The translations under genes were made by a program, and so were the position numbers. DNA of 64,000 bases from Planctomycetota bacterium (GTDB lineage Bacteria; Planctomycetota; SZUA-567; H5-PLA8). Below the pieces are notes generated by a model. That model was given only the letters and a program-made list of their open reading frames with translations, made no database searches and was not told where the DNA came from. The DNA lies in NCBI GenBank assembly GCA_038227875.1, contig JBBRPR010000026.1:32001-96000 (forward strand), in the 5' to 3' direction. How positions within the stretch are numbered: the stretch's first letter is position 1; the number at the start of each line of letters is the position of its first letter. This document shows positions 9,635 through 19,874 of the stretch, in pieces.

Positions 9635-11395
9635 TTACTTCCCGCCGCCCGCCGCCAACTGTGCCGCGGACGGCGCGCCTTCCATCTGCATACGGTACAT
9701 TTGCGCGTAAAGGCCGTTGCCGTCGAGCAGTTCCTGGTGTGAGCCCTGTTCGATGCGCACGCCGTTTTCCAGAATCACGATCAGATCGCAGGCGCGGATG
9801 ATCGAGAGGCGGTGCGAGATCACGAAGGTGGTGCGGCCGGACATCAGGCGGTCGAGCGCCTGCTGGATGATCGCTTCGCTCTCCGGTTCCACGGCGCTGG
9901 TGGCTTCATCGAGGAGCAGAATCGCCGGATTGGCGAGGAACGCGCGCGCAATCGCGATGCGCTGGCGCTGGCCGCCGGACAGTTTCACGCCGCGCTCGCC
10001 GACCATCGTGTCGTAGCCCTTGGGCAGCTTCTCGATGAATTCGTGCGCGTTGGCGTCGCGGGCGGCGCGTTCGGCTTCTTCACGCGTGGCGCTGGGCCGG
10101 CCGAAACGGATGTTCTCCAAAATGGAATCGTTGAAGAGGAAACTTTCTTGCAGCACCATGCCAATCTGGCGGCGCAGCGACGATTGCGTTACGGATTTTA
10201 AATCATGCCCGTCGATGCTGATCGAACCGGATTGCGGATCGTAAAAACGCGGAATCAGATTCAGCAGGGTGCTCTTGCCCGCGCCGCTGGGGCCGGCCAG
10301 GCCCACGCGCGTTCCGGCCGGGACGCGCAGGGAGAGGTCTTTAACGATGCCGTTGCGCGAGGCATAGTTGAACGAGACGTGATGGAAGACGACTTCGCCT
10401 TTCACCTTCGGCAGTTCGATCGCGTTGGGCGCGTCGCTGAGTTCCGGCTTGGTGTCGAGCAGATCGAAGACACGGCCGCCCGCGGCGCTGGCGCGCTGTA
10501 GCATGTCGTTGATTCCCGCGATGGAATACACGGGACCGTACAATTGCCACCAGTAGCCGCGGCACGCAACGAGAACGCCGACCGAAACTTCCTTGTTCAT
10601 CACCAGGTACGCGCCGTAGCCGATGGAAATAAAGCTGCCGACGTGCGAGATGAATTGCACCGCCGGCATGAATTTCGTCCGCAGGGAGATACCGAGCAGA
10701 TTCTGCATGAAGAACGCGCGGATCGTCTCTTCGAATTTCGACGCCGCCTGTTCTTCGCGCGCAAAGGCCTTGACGCTCTGCACGCCCGTCAGATTTTCCT
10801 GCAGCTTGGAACTGACGTCGCCCAGCTTGTCGCGCGCGGCGCGGTAGACGGGTTTCACCTTCTTGTTGTAACGGTACATCAGCGTGAAGGTGACGAACAC
10901 CGGCGCGACCGTGGCGAGGCCCAGCTTCCAGTTGTAAAGGACCAGCACCACCGCGACGCCGATCATGCTCAGGATGTTGGAGAGAAAGCCGTCGATGCCG
11001 TTGATCACCACTTCCTGCAACGTATCGATGTCGCCGATGACGCGGGAGATCAAGTCGCCCGTGCGCCGGTCATGAAAAAAGGAGAGGCTCTGCGATTGCA
11101 GATGCGCGTAAAGCGAGCGGCGCAGTTCGAGCACGAATTTCTGGCCGGTCCGTTCCAGCAGCCACGAGCGCAGTCCACCGCAGAAGGCATTGAGCACGCC
11201 GCAGCCGAGCATCGCGAGAATCAGCGGCCAGAAGAGATCCGTCTGCTTCTTGTCGAGCACCTGGTCGACCATCTTCTGCCAGAAGACGGGCTGCAGCAGC
11301 ATTGCGCCGGTGCTCAGCAGCAGGCACAACAGTCCCACCATCAGCGAGAGGCGATAGGGGCGCAGCAATTTCAAGACACGGTAGAGGACGGACAC
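9635..11395 (-). CDS. ABC exporter, fused permease and ATP-binding domains (MsbA/MdlB-like)
   Basis: N-terminal TM domain; Walker A GPSGAGKS, LSGGQ signature, ILLLDE Walker B. Confidence 0.95.
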   Translation of the reverse strand: MSVLYRVLKLLRPYRLSLMVGLLCLLLSTGAMLLQPVFWQKMVDQVLDKKQTDLFWPLILAMLGCGVLNAFCGGLRSWLLERTGQKFVLELRRSLYAHLQSQSLSFFHDRRTGDLISRVIGDIDTLQEVVINGIDGFLSNILSMIGVAVVLVLYNWKLGLATVAPVFVTFTLMYRYNKKVKPVYRAARDKLGDVSSKLQENLTGVQSVKAFAREEQAASKFEETIRAFFMQNLLGISLRTKFMPAVQFISHVGSFISIGYGAYLVMNKEVSVGVLVACRGYWWQLYGPVYSIAGINDMLQRASAAGGRVFDLLDTKPELSDAPNAIELPKVKGEVVFHHVSFNYASRNGIVKDLSLRVPAGTRVGLAGPSGAGKSTLLNLIPRFYDPQSGSISIDGHDLKSVTQSSLRRQIGMVLQESFLFNDSILENIRFGRPSATREEAERAARDANAHEFIEKLPKGYDTMVGERGVKLSGGQRQRIAIARAFLANPAILLLDEATSAVEPESEAIIQQALDRLMSGRTTFVISHRLSIIRACDLIVILENGVRIEQGSHQELLDGNGLYAQMYRMQMEGAPSAAQLAAGGGK

Positions 11396-11662
11396 GATTA
11401 AGGCGAAGCTCCTGGGACTGCAACGATACTATATACCGAGGCGCTGATTTTTGTAGTTCCGTGGTCCGGGCAATCCTGCCCGGTCGCCGACGGACGCGCG
11501 CGACCCATTCAAGAGACGCGTTGCCGGTAGGAGTGATAGCTCACTTTCAAGATGGACCGGGTGGGACGCCAGGACCACGAATACGCACGTGAATTCGCGC
11601 GCGATTGCGGTCTAATGCTTGCCAGGAATGTTTCACGAAATTCATCTGGAGCGCTCCACGCA

Positions 11663-12202
11663 ATGGCCTACTCCCTCTGCTGGCTTGCCGTTCACGGCAA
11701 GGTTACGGACATGATTCTCGATGAGCTGCAACTGCGCCGCACCGGCGAGCGTGAAAAGTCGGCGACGAAACTGGCCGGCGCGGAACTGCCGACAGGTTGG
11801 TACGTGGTCGTGAAGGATCAGGATGTCGAGCTGATGCGCGATCACCTGCTCAAAGAGATCTCGTTGCAGTGCGAATGCGTGGCGTGTTTTGTCGAAGACC
11901 GCTCGCACACGGCCAGCGCCGTCGGATGGAAGAACGGCCGCAAGGTCTGGTCGGCGCTCCATGACGGCCAGCAGGGCAAGGAACACCTGACGCTGCGCGG
12001 CGAATTTCCGGCGCTCTTTGGACCGATCCTGGAAGGCTTCAAAGCCAAACAGAAAGCCAGCGGCGGCGACTTTTACTTCGAAATTCCCATCGAGCTGGCG
12101 CGGGAAATCACCGGCTACCGCCACGACCTCCCGGTCGTCAGCAAGGAAAGTGAACCGTTCGAAATTCTGCAGTGGGTGCCGCCGCAGAAGGGTAAAAAGT
12201 AA
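11663..12202 (+). CDS. Hypothetical protein
   Basis: ORF with host-like codon usage; start moved to ATG 11663 (GGAG upstream). Confidence 0.7.
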   Translation: MAYSLCWLAVHGKVTDMILDELQLRRTGEREKSATKLAGAELPTGWYVVVKDQDVELMRDHLLKEISLQCECVACFVEDRSHTASAVGWKNGRKVWSALHDGQQGKEHLTLRGEFPALFGPILEGFKAKQKASGGDFYFEIPIELAREITGYRHDLPVVSKESEPFEILQWVPPQKGKK

Positions 12203-12205
12203 GGC

Positions 12206-12997
12206 TCAGTTGTCGGAGAGCCAGCAGCGCAGCCAGCGTTCGCAGGGCACCGTCCAGTTCTCGATCATTCCGGTGCCGTGTCCGCCCATCTGGTCGCGCA
12301 CGTATTCGTATGGTACGCCGGCGACGCGAAGACTTTCGGCGTAGAGATCGGAATTGAGCGGCGGCACGCCGGTGTCTTCCGTGGAGTGAACGAGAAACGC
12401 CGGCGGAGATTCGGCGCTCACCTGCTTTTCGTTGCTGAACAACTCCACCAGCTCCGGCGTCGGATTGGGACCGAGCAGCCCCTGGCGCGAGCCGGCGTGG
12501 CCTTCGGGCCCGAAGGTGATCACGGGATAAATCAGGATCTGCCCGTTTGGCCGCGACGAGACGCGCTCGATCGGATCGGCCGACGCCGCATCCCCCGCGG
12601 TGAAGTGCGTGGCGGCGCTGCTGGCCAGATGTCCACCGGCCGAGAAGCCCAGAATGCCGATGCGTTCGGGATCGATTTTGAGATCCGCCGCGTTTGCGCG
12701 GACCGTGCGGATGGCGCGTTGAACGTCGAGAATCTGCGCGGGGTAGTTGTACTTCGGAGCCAGCCGGTAGCGGAGCACGAACCCGGTGACACCGTTTTTC
12801 GCCAGCCATTCGGCGACGGGCGTGGCTTCGTGTGGCGCGAGGCGATGGTAGCCGCCGCCGGGACAGACGATCACGGCCGCGCCGGTGGATTCGGCGGTTG
12901 GCGAGATCAGTTGCAGCGCCGGACGATCTTCTTCGGCGTCACCTTTGGCGCCGGGCGCTCCGCCGGGCCACAGGTCTGTGTAAACGCGATCCACCAT
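12206..12997 (-). CDS. Alpha/beta hydrolase (acetyl-xylan/feruloyl esterase-like)
   Basis: PGGGY oxyanion motif, GFSAGG nucleophile elbow, catalytic D and H (GHG). Confidence 0.9.
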   Translation of the reverse strand: MVDRVYTDLWPGGAPGAKGDAEEDRPALQLISPTAESTGAAVIVCPGGGYHRLAPHEATPVAEWLAKNGVTGFVLRYRLAPKYNYPAQILDVQRAIRTVRANAADLKIDPERIGILGFSAGGHLASSAATHFTAGDAASADPIERVSSRPNGQILIYPVITFGPEGHAGSRQGLLGPNPTPELVELFSNEKQVSAESPPAFLVHSTEDTGVPPLNSDLYAESLRVAGVPYEYVRDQMGGHGTGMIENWTVPCERWLRCWLSDN

Positions 12998-13103
12998 TCA
13001 CTGACTTCTCCGAAGCATTTCGCAAGGATGAGGATATACTAATGCGGTCTTCACAGAAGACCAGAGTCTTGATTCGAAGTGCGCAAACCAGGAGATAACT
13101 TCC

Positions 13104-13319
13104 ATGTGCCGAATCGCCGGAATGATGCTCTTGTGCACGCTGGTGCTGGCCGGTTGCGGAAACAGCCAGGAAGTGAAGGACACCGTGACGGCGCCGGTCG
13201 ATAACATTCAGAAAAATGTGGACTACCTTCAAGACACGCGCAAAGAACTGCGCGAGACGGCGGGCAAGAACGCGGATCAGACCAACAAGCAGATCGACGA
13301 CATTCTGAAGAAGAAGTAA
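13104..13319 (+). CDS. Small lipoprotein
   Basis: AGGAG RBS; lipobox LAGC. Confidence 0.75.
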   Translation: MCRIAGMMLLCTLVLAGCGNSQEVKDTVTAPVDNIQKNVDYLQDTRKELRETAGKNADQTNKQIDDILKKK

Positions 13320-13342
13320 GGCGCGGCTTGATAATGTGGATA

Positions 13343-13491
13343 TCAAGGAGCAAGCGGCCGTTTGCTTGCTCCTTGCTCAGCGCCACGAATACTCCATTGA
13401 ATACGCGTTCAGGTTTGAGACTATAAAACCGCTTGCGCGAGAGTCGCGCGCATAACAGCAAGGAGCAAGCATACGGCCGCTTGCTCCTTGA
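13343..13491. repeat. REP-doublet-like element: two 35-bp palindromic units in inverted orientation
   Basis: TCAAGGAGCAAGCGGCCGTTTGCTTGCTCCTTGCT (13343-13377) and its reverse complement with 1 mismatch (13457-13491). Confidence 0.85.
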
Positions 13492-13524
13492 CACACGACC
13501 AGCGTCGTTCCCAAGAGCTATCGA

Positions 13525-15969
13525 TTGAAGTCCAAACCCGCACAACCCGATCTTTTCGCCGCGCTCGAGCCGCCAGCGCCTCCGGTTGCGCCGGTTCCTG
13601 TTGCAAAATTGACGGGTCGCTTCGCGGAGATCGCGGTCGAAGGGCCGGTGCGGGGGACGTTTACGTACCGGATTCCGGAACATTGGCCGACGCTGAGCCC
13701 CGGGGCGCGCGTGCTGGTGCCGTTTGGCAATCGGACGCTGGCGGGATTCTTTCTCGGCGAGTTCACGCCCGACGACATTCTCCGCCAGAACATCAATCCG
13801 GAAAAGCTGAAAGCCGCCACCAAGGTGCTCGGCGGAGCCAGCGGCGTGCCGCTGCTCACGCCCAGTTTGCTCGCGCTGGCGCGCTGGATGGCGCGGCACT
13901 ACGCCTGTCCGCTGGGCGCGACGTTAACGGCGATGTTACCCGCGGGCGTGAAGTCCGGCGCGGAGGGCGCGCGCATCCGGGTGGTCGTCGCGTTGAAGCC
14001 TGCTGCGGAATTGCTCGCCGAAGCGACCACGCGCGCCAAGCGGCGCCCGGCTCAGTCGGCGGTGTTGAAGGCACTTGCGGCAGTGAGCGGTCCGCCGCTG
14101 GCCGCTTCGGAGTTGCTCGAGAAAGCGCAGGCTTCCGACGCGGCCTTGAAAGCGCTCGCGAAGGCCGGGTTCTTGAAAATCAGTGAAGTGCGGCCGGACG
14201 ACGGCATCACCGACGACTCCGAACCGACAGAAGGCGAGTTGCACGATCTGTCGCTCAACGATGAGCAGCAGGCGGCGCTCAATCCCATTGAAGCGGCGCT
14301 AAGCGCCAACGTTTACGCAGGATTTTTGCTGCAGGGCGTGACGGGCAGCGGCAAGACGGAAGTTTATCTGCGCGCTCTGAAGACGGCGCTGGCGGCGGGC
14401 AAGCAGGGGATTGTGCTCGTCCCGGAAATTGCCCTGACGCCGCAGACGGCGCGGCGGTTTCAGGCGCGGCTGGGGCACGAACGCGTGGCGATTCTGCACA
14501 GCCATGTCACCGGCGGCGAACGCGCCGACGCGTGGCGCGCGATCCGCAACGGAGAAATCGATGTCGTCATCGGCGCGCGGTCGGCGCTCTTCGCGCCACT
14601 GCCGCGGCTGGGCATCATCGTCGTTGATGAGGAGCATGAGACGGCGTTCAAGCAGGAGAGCACGCCGCGCTATCACGCTCGCGATGTGGCTACGGAACTG
14701 GCGCGGATCACCAAGGCCGCGCTGATTCTCGGTTCGGCGACGCCGAGCCTCGAGTCGCTCCACGCCGCGCGATCCGGGGGGCTGCAGCACCTCCATTTGA
14801 ATCACCGCGTCGCCAACCGGCCGCTGCCGCCGGTTGAGATTGTCGACCTGAACGTCGAGAACGTCGAAGCCAAGCGCTACACCTACCTATCGAGACGTCT
14901 GAACGCGGCGCTCGATCAGACGTTGAAGCGTGGCGAGCAGGCGATTCTTTTCATGAATCGCCGCGGCTTCGCGACGGTCGTGACGTGTTTGCGCTGCGGG
15001 TACACTGAGAAGTGCGAGCAGTGCGATATCACGCTGACGACGCACCGCGGTTCGGAAAGCATCAAGCAGATGGCCGAGCACGCGCACGAGCGGAGCCTCG
15101 GTTTTCATGCGCGCTTGGAGAAGAAACCGGAACCGCCTGCGGAGACGTCGGAGTCGCTTAACTGCCATTACTGCAATTTCACCAAGCCCGTGCCGCTGGT
15201 ATGCACGGGCTGCGGCGCGCCGGGGATCAAGTTCTGGGGGTTGGGTACGGAACGCGTGGAACTGGAGGTGAAGAAGGCGTTCCCGCATGCGCGCGTGGCA
15301 CGCATGGATTCCGACACGATGGTCAAACGCACGGCCTACGCGGATGCGCTCACGGGTTTCCGGCAGGGGACGATCGATATTCTGGTGGGCACGCAGATGA
15401 TTGCGAAGGGATTGGACTTTCCCAACGTGACGCTTGTCGGCGTGGTGCTGGCCGATACGTCGCTGCACATGCCCGATTTCCGCAGCCGCGAGCGGACGTT
15501 TCAGTTGCTTGCGCAAGTCGCCGGGCGCGCGGGGCGGGGAGAGAAGGGCGGGATAGTAATCGTGCAGACGCACCTGCCGCAGGATCCGGCGGTACGCGCG
15601 GCGGCTCAGCACGATTTTGAAACCTTCGCGCTCGCGGAATTGAAAGAGCGCCGCGATTTCTCCTACCCGCCGTTCACCCGCATGGCGCGGGTGCTGATCC
15701 GTGGCAAAGATGCGGGGATTACAAAGACCGCGGCGGAGACCGCCGCCGCCGCGCTGCGCCAGCATGCGCTCAGCGATGGCACGCAGATTCTCGGGCCTTC
15801 GGAAGCGCCCATCGCGCGCATCGAAGGCTTCTTCCGCTGGCATATCGTGCTGAAAGCAAAATCGAGCGAGACGCTGGCGGAACTCTTCTCCGGCCCGACC
15901 GGCGATCAGCTTTCGAAACTCCGCGGCGCCGATGCAACGGTGGACATCGACCCGCTGTCGATGATGTAG
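13525..15969 (+). CDS. priA: Primosomal protein N' (replication restart helicase)
   Basis: GVTGSGKT, DEEHE, SATPS, NRRG, four CxxC, GTQMIAKGLDFP, QVAGRAGR. Confidence 0.97.
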   Translation: MKSKPAQPDLFAALEPPAPPVAPVPVAKLTGRFAEIAVEGPVRGTFTYRIPEHWPTLSPGARVLVPFGNRTLAGFFLGEFTPDDILRQNINPEKLKAATKVLGGASGVPLLTPSLLALARWMARHYACPLGATLTAMLPAGVKSGAEGARIRVVVALKPAAELLAEATTRAKRRPAQSAVLKALAAVSGPPLAASELLEKAQASDAALKALAKAGFLKISEVRPDDGITDDSEPTEGELHDLSLNDEQQAALNPIEAALSANVYAGFLLQGVTGSGKTEVYLRALKTALAAGKQGIVLVPEIALTPQTARRFQARLGHERVAILHSHVTGGERADAWRAIRNGEIDVVIGARSALFAPLPRLGIIVVDEEHETAFKQESTPRYHARDVATELARITKAALILGSATPSLESLHAARSGGLQHLHLNHRVANRPLPPVEIVDLNVENVEAKRYTYLSRRLNAALDQTLKRGEQAILFMNRRGFATVVTCLRCGYTEKCEQCDITLTTHRGSESIKQMAEHAHERSLGFHARLEKKPEPPAETSESLNCHYCNFTKPVPLVCTGCGAPGIKFWGLGTERVELEVKKAFPHARVARMDSDTMVKRTAYADALTGFRQGTIDILVGTQMIAKGLDFPNVTLVGVVLADTSLHMPDFRSRERTFQLLAQVAGRAGRGEKGGIVIVQTHLPQDPAVRAAAQHDFETFALAELKERRDFSYPPFTRMARVLIRGKDAGITKTAAETAAAALRQHALSDGTQILGPSEAPIARIEGFFRWHIVLKAKSSETLAELFSGPTGDQLSKLRGADATVDIDPLSMM

Positions 15970-16083
15970 TGTCGCGTAATGGCTCTTGGGCCTGGCGGGA
16001 AGGCTGAGCTCCTTCCGCAACGTTACCCGGCTCGAATGAGCCGGGACGTTGTAGGTTATTCAATTGGGATGAATCATTTCGGC

Positions 16084-16320
16084 TCAGCTGAACGCGGCGT
16101 GATGCTGCTCGTGTTCCTGCTCCTGCAGTTCCTCATTCCGGATTTCCTGGACATCTTCGCCTGAAACAGATTCCGATCCGGATTGTTTGAGCGCTGGAAT
16201 CGCGCCACAGCAGCAGCGCATCTGATCGGATTCGAATTCGGAATACTCGCAACTGTGCGTGATCGTGAAACTCAGGCGGCAGGCCGGGCATTCGTAGATA
16301 TCACCTTTTCGCGGCATCAT
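16084..16320 (-). CDS. Small Cys-rich protein, desulforedoxin-like metal-binding domain
   Basis: AAGGAG RBS; GDIYECPAC...CCCG. Confidence 0.55.
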   Translation of the reverse strand: MMPRKGDIYECPACRLSFTITHSCEYSEFESDQMRCCCGAIPALKQSGSESVSGEDVQEIRNEELQEQEHEQHHAAFS

Positions 16321-16512
16321 GATTATTCTCCTTTGTTCGCGAGAGTTCTTTCCCTCGCACGCACATCATGGCTGCAAATTGAAGACCAGCGAATTGTTTG
16401 AACATCCGCAGGGCTGAGACGTCGAATAATAGGAATTGTGAGACGGTTTTGAGTCGGTTGTCTTTGATATGCTGGTCGACTAACATAGAGGGCATTGGAG
16501 GCCCATGAATTT

Positions 16513-17478
16513 ATGAAAAGTATATATGGTCTGGCGGTCGTACTCGGCGCGGTGTGCGCGCTGCATGCCGCCGACGATCCCGATGCGGATTTCAATCTGC
16601 GGCTGGTGGACGCGGGTCGGAAGGTCATCTTCGATTACAAGCTTTTCCAGCGCTATAACGATGACAAGTTCAGCCCGGAAGCCCGGCTGAAGGAGATCAA
16701 CGACCGCGTGACGGGGGATGACGTCACGCAGGACGAAATGGTCTCGCTGCGCCAGGAAAGCTGGTCGCTAAACGAAGCGGATTTCAATCTCAACACGGCG
16801 CGCAAACAGTTCCGCGACCGCCTCGCCAAGTCGATCACGGGCTACAAAGAGATCCGCGAGCAGTCGAAGGACAATCCGGCGATGAAGCTGCCGAAGGAAA
16901 GCGAGGCGGTGCTGATCAAAGCCGAACTGATCTGCAAAAGCCCCGACAACCTGGCGCTCGACGTCACGCTGCCGTCGGATCTGATCAAGAAGACCAAGCC
17001 GAAGGAAACTCCCGCCCCCACGCCGAAAGCAGACGCGCCGAAAGTCGCCGGCGCGAACACGCCGCCGGGACCCGCGAAGACGGATGTGGTGCCGGCGGGC
17101 CAGTCATCCGGTAAGAAGGTCGATGGGGCAATGGTCGTCGCGCTGGGAAAATACAACACGATCCTGTTGGGCAAAGTTCATGGCGTATTGCAGCGCCGCG
17201 ATGTTCCGGCCGGCGACGAACGCAAATGGATGGTCGTGGTGGATGTGAAAGAACTGCTGCGCGGCAAGGCGATCCCGGGCAACTCCGTCTCGGTGTTCAT
17301 CAACAGTCCCGCCGAGAGCTTTGCCACGTACGAAACGGTCGACGACCTGCGCAACCGGCCATGCATTTACGCGCTGACGATTAAAGATGGAGTCGTCGGC
17401 GAAAGCGAAGCGCCGTTTCCGCAGCAGAAGTTCGACAAGGAAGATATCGATCGGCTGCGCGATGCTTTTAAAGAATGA
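16513..17478 (+). CDS. Hypothetical secreted protein
   Basis: GGAGG upstream; signal peptide; Pro/Ala linker between two domains. Confidence 0.75.
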   Translation: MKSIYGLAVVLGAVCALHAADDPDADFNLRLVDAGRKVIFDYKLFQRYNDDKFSPEARLKEINDRVTGDDVTQDEMVSLRQESWSLNEADFNLNTARKQFRDRLAKSITGYKEIREQSKDNPAMKLPKESEAVLIKAELICKSPDNLALDVTLPSDLIKKTKPKETPAPTPKADAPKVAGANTPPGPAKTDVVPAGQSSGKKVDGAMVVALGKYNTILLGKVHGVLQRRDVPAGDERKWMVVVDVKELLRGKAIPGNSVSVFINSPAESFATYETVDDLRNRPCIYALTIKDGVVGESEAPFPQQKFDKEDIDRLRDAFKE

Positions 17479-17529
17479 AGTCCGCCAGGCGTTTTAATCC
17501 TATTTATTGCCTGCATTGGAGCACCCCTG

Positions 17530-18489
17530 ATGAGAACCAGAATCAGTGCCTTGGTTTTTGTGTCTGTATGCTCAACTCTCCAGCTCAATGCATCCGAAAA
17601 GGTTGTTAGAACCATGGATTCGTATGACATGGACTTCATCGATAGATATTTGAAGACATTTGATGAAGTCCAGAATCATAACAGTGAAAATCAAGTTTAT
17701 TTGACCACTGCGAAAAGCAGTTTCGAACGCCAAATGGGGCTCGCTTTGAGCAAGAAAGACAAGCGCGCACCTGGCCGGTTGACGTACTTGGCCATGTTGA
17801 ATGGTGGACCCCTGAAAGCCGAAGACAAAATCGGATTAGGGCTCTCGGCACTTGCCGGAAACGATTTGAAAGCCACGTCCATGGGGGCAAAAAAAGTCTA
17901 TCGTCCATCGGATATCTATATCTGGTTTACCGCAAACAGTGAGAAATATGACGCGTGTCCTCAATTAGATGATTGGCTGAAAAGTCAAAGCGGAAAAGCA
18001 ATGTTGACTGTACTGAACCGCCTCAAAAAACTGGCGGAGGATAAAGCAGGACCCAACGCCAGCGATGCGCGCATGGCGTTTATCGATGAATACTTGAAAA
18101 CGTGGGATGACTTTGCACAGGGCGCGAACGAAAAGGCTGCGCTAATTCGAGAAGAACGGGATTCGTTCGAGTGTGAATTGGCTGAAGCCTTGACCCAGAA
18201 GGACAAGCGCGCGCCTGCGCGGTTGGTTTTTTCATCAGTGGTAACTGTAGGGATGCCGGTTGAGTTGGAGGGGGCATTGGGGGCGGCTTTTAAGGAACTC
18301 GTTGGGGAAGCAGTTCCCAAGACAACTTTTGAAGGTCGCGACTGCTATTTTTCAGCGGATCTTTATTTTTGGTGGCAGGAAAATAAAGCCAAGTACGAAG
18401 CTTCGCCGCTCTTTGACGAGTGGTCGAAGCGTGAGTTCGCTCAGAAATCCGTGATCCCGATGTTCGAAAAATTGCGGACCAAAAAGTAG
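17530..18489 (+). CDS. Hypothetical secreted protein made of two tandem homologous domains; AT-richer
   Basis: FIDRYLKTFD..KDKRAPGRL and FIDEYLKTWD..KDKRAPARL. Confidence 0.75.
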   Translation: MRTRISALVFVSVCSTLQLNASEKVVRTMDSYDMDFIDRYLKTFDEVQNHNSENQVYLTTAKSSFERQMGLALSKKDKRAPGRLTYLAMLNGGPLKAEDKIGLGLSALAGNDLKATSMGAKKVYRPSDIYIWFTANSEKYDACPQLDDWLKSQSGKAMLTVLNRLKKLAEDKAGPNASDARMAFIDEYLKTWDDFAQGANEKAALIREERDSFECELAEALTQKDKRAPARLVFSSVVTVGMPVELEGALGAAFKELVGEAVPKTTFEGRDCYFSADLYFWWQENKAKYEASPLFDEWSKREFAQKSVIPMFEKLRTKK

Positions 18490-18688
18490 AGAACAGTTGG
18501 CTCACATCGCCTACCGGACCTTCCGGAAATTTTTCCTCAAGGTGTTCAGGGACAACTCTACCATTAGTGGTTCAGGCCAATTGGCCTTAAGGTCCCCCGG
18601 CAGTGGTCAAAAGCCAGCATGGGGACCGTGGTCTCCATGCTGACTTCCGCTCGTCCGCGTACGCTTTTGGATTCGCCGCGCGCGAACG

Positions 18689-18720
18689 AAAAAACCCAAG
18701 GCTTGCGCCTTGGGTTTTTT
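18689..18720. terminator. Bidirectional intrinsic terminator
   Basis: AAAAAACCCAAGGC-TTGC-GCCTTGGGTTTTTT. Confidence 0.9.
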
Positions 18721-18742
18721 CGTGCGAACAGTTCGCGGTGAT

Positions 18743-19468
18743 TTACAGCTTGAAACCAGCCGCCGTGGAGTCCTTCAAGAACGTCTTGACGGTGTCCAGG
18801 GACAGGTCGTACAGGTCCTTGCCGACCCCGCCGAGCTTCTTGAAGATGTCGTGGGGGACGGTGATGATCTTGCAGCCGACTTCGTCAGCCTGGAAAATGT
18901 TGTGCAGCTCGCGCGTGCTGGCCCAGAGCAGTTCGCCCTTTTCGACCTTCTTGCAAAGACCCGCGCATTCCTTCATCAACGGAATCGGATCGCGGCCCGT
19001 GTCGGCAACGCGGCCGGCGAAGACGGAGATGATGCTCGGCGCGCCACCCTTCAGCGCTTCGGTCACTTCGTTGCACTGTTCGATCGTGGTGATCGCGGTG
19101 ACGTTCAGGTTCACGCCGGACTGGGTCAGCTTCTTGACCAGGTCCTTGGTCTTCGTGCCCTTGGTGTTGATGACCGGAATCTTGACGTAGACATTCGGGC
19201 CCCAGGTCTTGATCAGCGCGGCCTGGCGTTCCATTTCAGGGAGTTCGTCGGAGAAGACTTCGAAGGAGATGCTGCGGTCCTTGATGACCGTGAGGATATC
19301 CTTGGCGAACGCCATGTAATCGTGGATGCCGGCCTTGGCCATCAACGTGGGGTTCGTGGTGAAGCCCTTCACCCACTCATTTTTGTAAAGGTTGAGCATA
19401 CCTTCTTTGTCTGCGCCGTCGGCGTAGATCTTGACCTTGAGGTCCTTCAGTGAAGGGGCGTTCGACAT
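18743..19468 (-). CDS. tal: Transaldolase / fructose-6-phosphate aldolase family
   Basis: GFTTNPT, YVKIP Schiff-base Lys, NVTA, SVFAGR, LWAS; AAGGAG RBS before ATG 19468. Confidence 0.92.
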   Translation of the reverse strand: MSNAPSLKDLKVKIYADGADKEGMLNLYKNEWVKGFTTNPTLMAKAGIHDYMAFAKDILTVIKDRSISFEVFSDELPEMERQAALIKTWGPNVYVKIPVINTKGTKTKDLVKKLTQSGVNLNVTAITTIEQCNEVTEALKGGAPSIISVFAGRVADTGRDPIPLMKECAGLCKKVEKGELLWASTRELHNIFQADEVGCKIITVPHDIFKKLGGVGKDLYDLSLDTVKTFLKDSTAAGFKL

Positions 19469-19704
19469 CGGAAAAGTCTCCTTAGCAGGGGGTTTCTGTT
19501 CGTTAAGTGTGGAACACCCTAAACCGCTACGCACGTAAATCAACGGTAAATTCTAGGCACATTATTAAGTGCGCCAAGTGACGTGCAGCAAGGTGTTTGG
19601 CCGAAAATTCGGCCTAAAAATGGTATCCGCGAACAATTCGGAACGCATGTAGCAGTTCTGAAGTTTCCGTGAATGCGAAGTATTCCCAGAAAATGGAAGG
19701 GCAA

Positions 19705-19796
19705 CTCTTGGCTCTTCTTGGCTCTTGGTTCCTGTCGGTTAGTCGGACGGACTTTGACTAACCGACATGTTCCAAGAAAGAGCTAAGAGCCAAGAG
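19705..19796. repeat. Hairpin element with CTCTTGG heptamer arms and a 12-bp core stem
   Basis: (CTCTTGG)n-TGTCGGTTAGTC...GACTAACCGACA-(CCAAGAG)n. Confidence 0.8.
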
Positions 19797-19874
19797 CCGC
19801 CGCCCCACTGGCGCATTGTGCGGTCGCTCAGTAAACTATGGCTACATGGACACTTCCGGCCGGAGAACGAAGTC

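Noticed and set aside
18490..18688. Possible structured ncRNA (6S-like) between convergent genes
   Set aside because: Only a local hairpin (18611-18646) is evident. I could not build the long 6S rod or a tRNA cloverleaf; an Rfam search would be needed.
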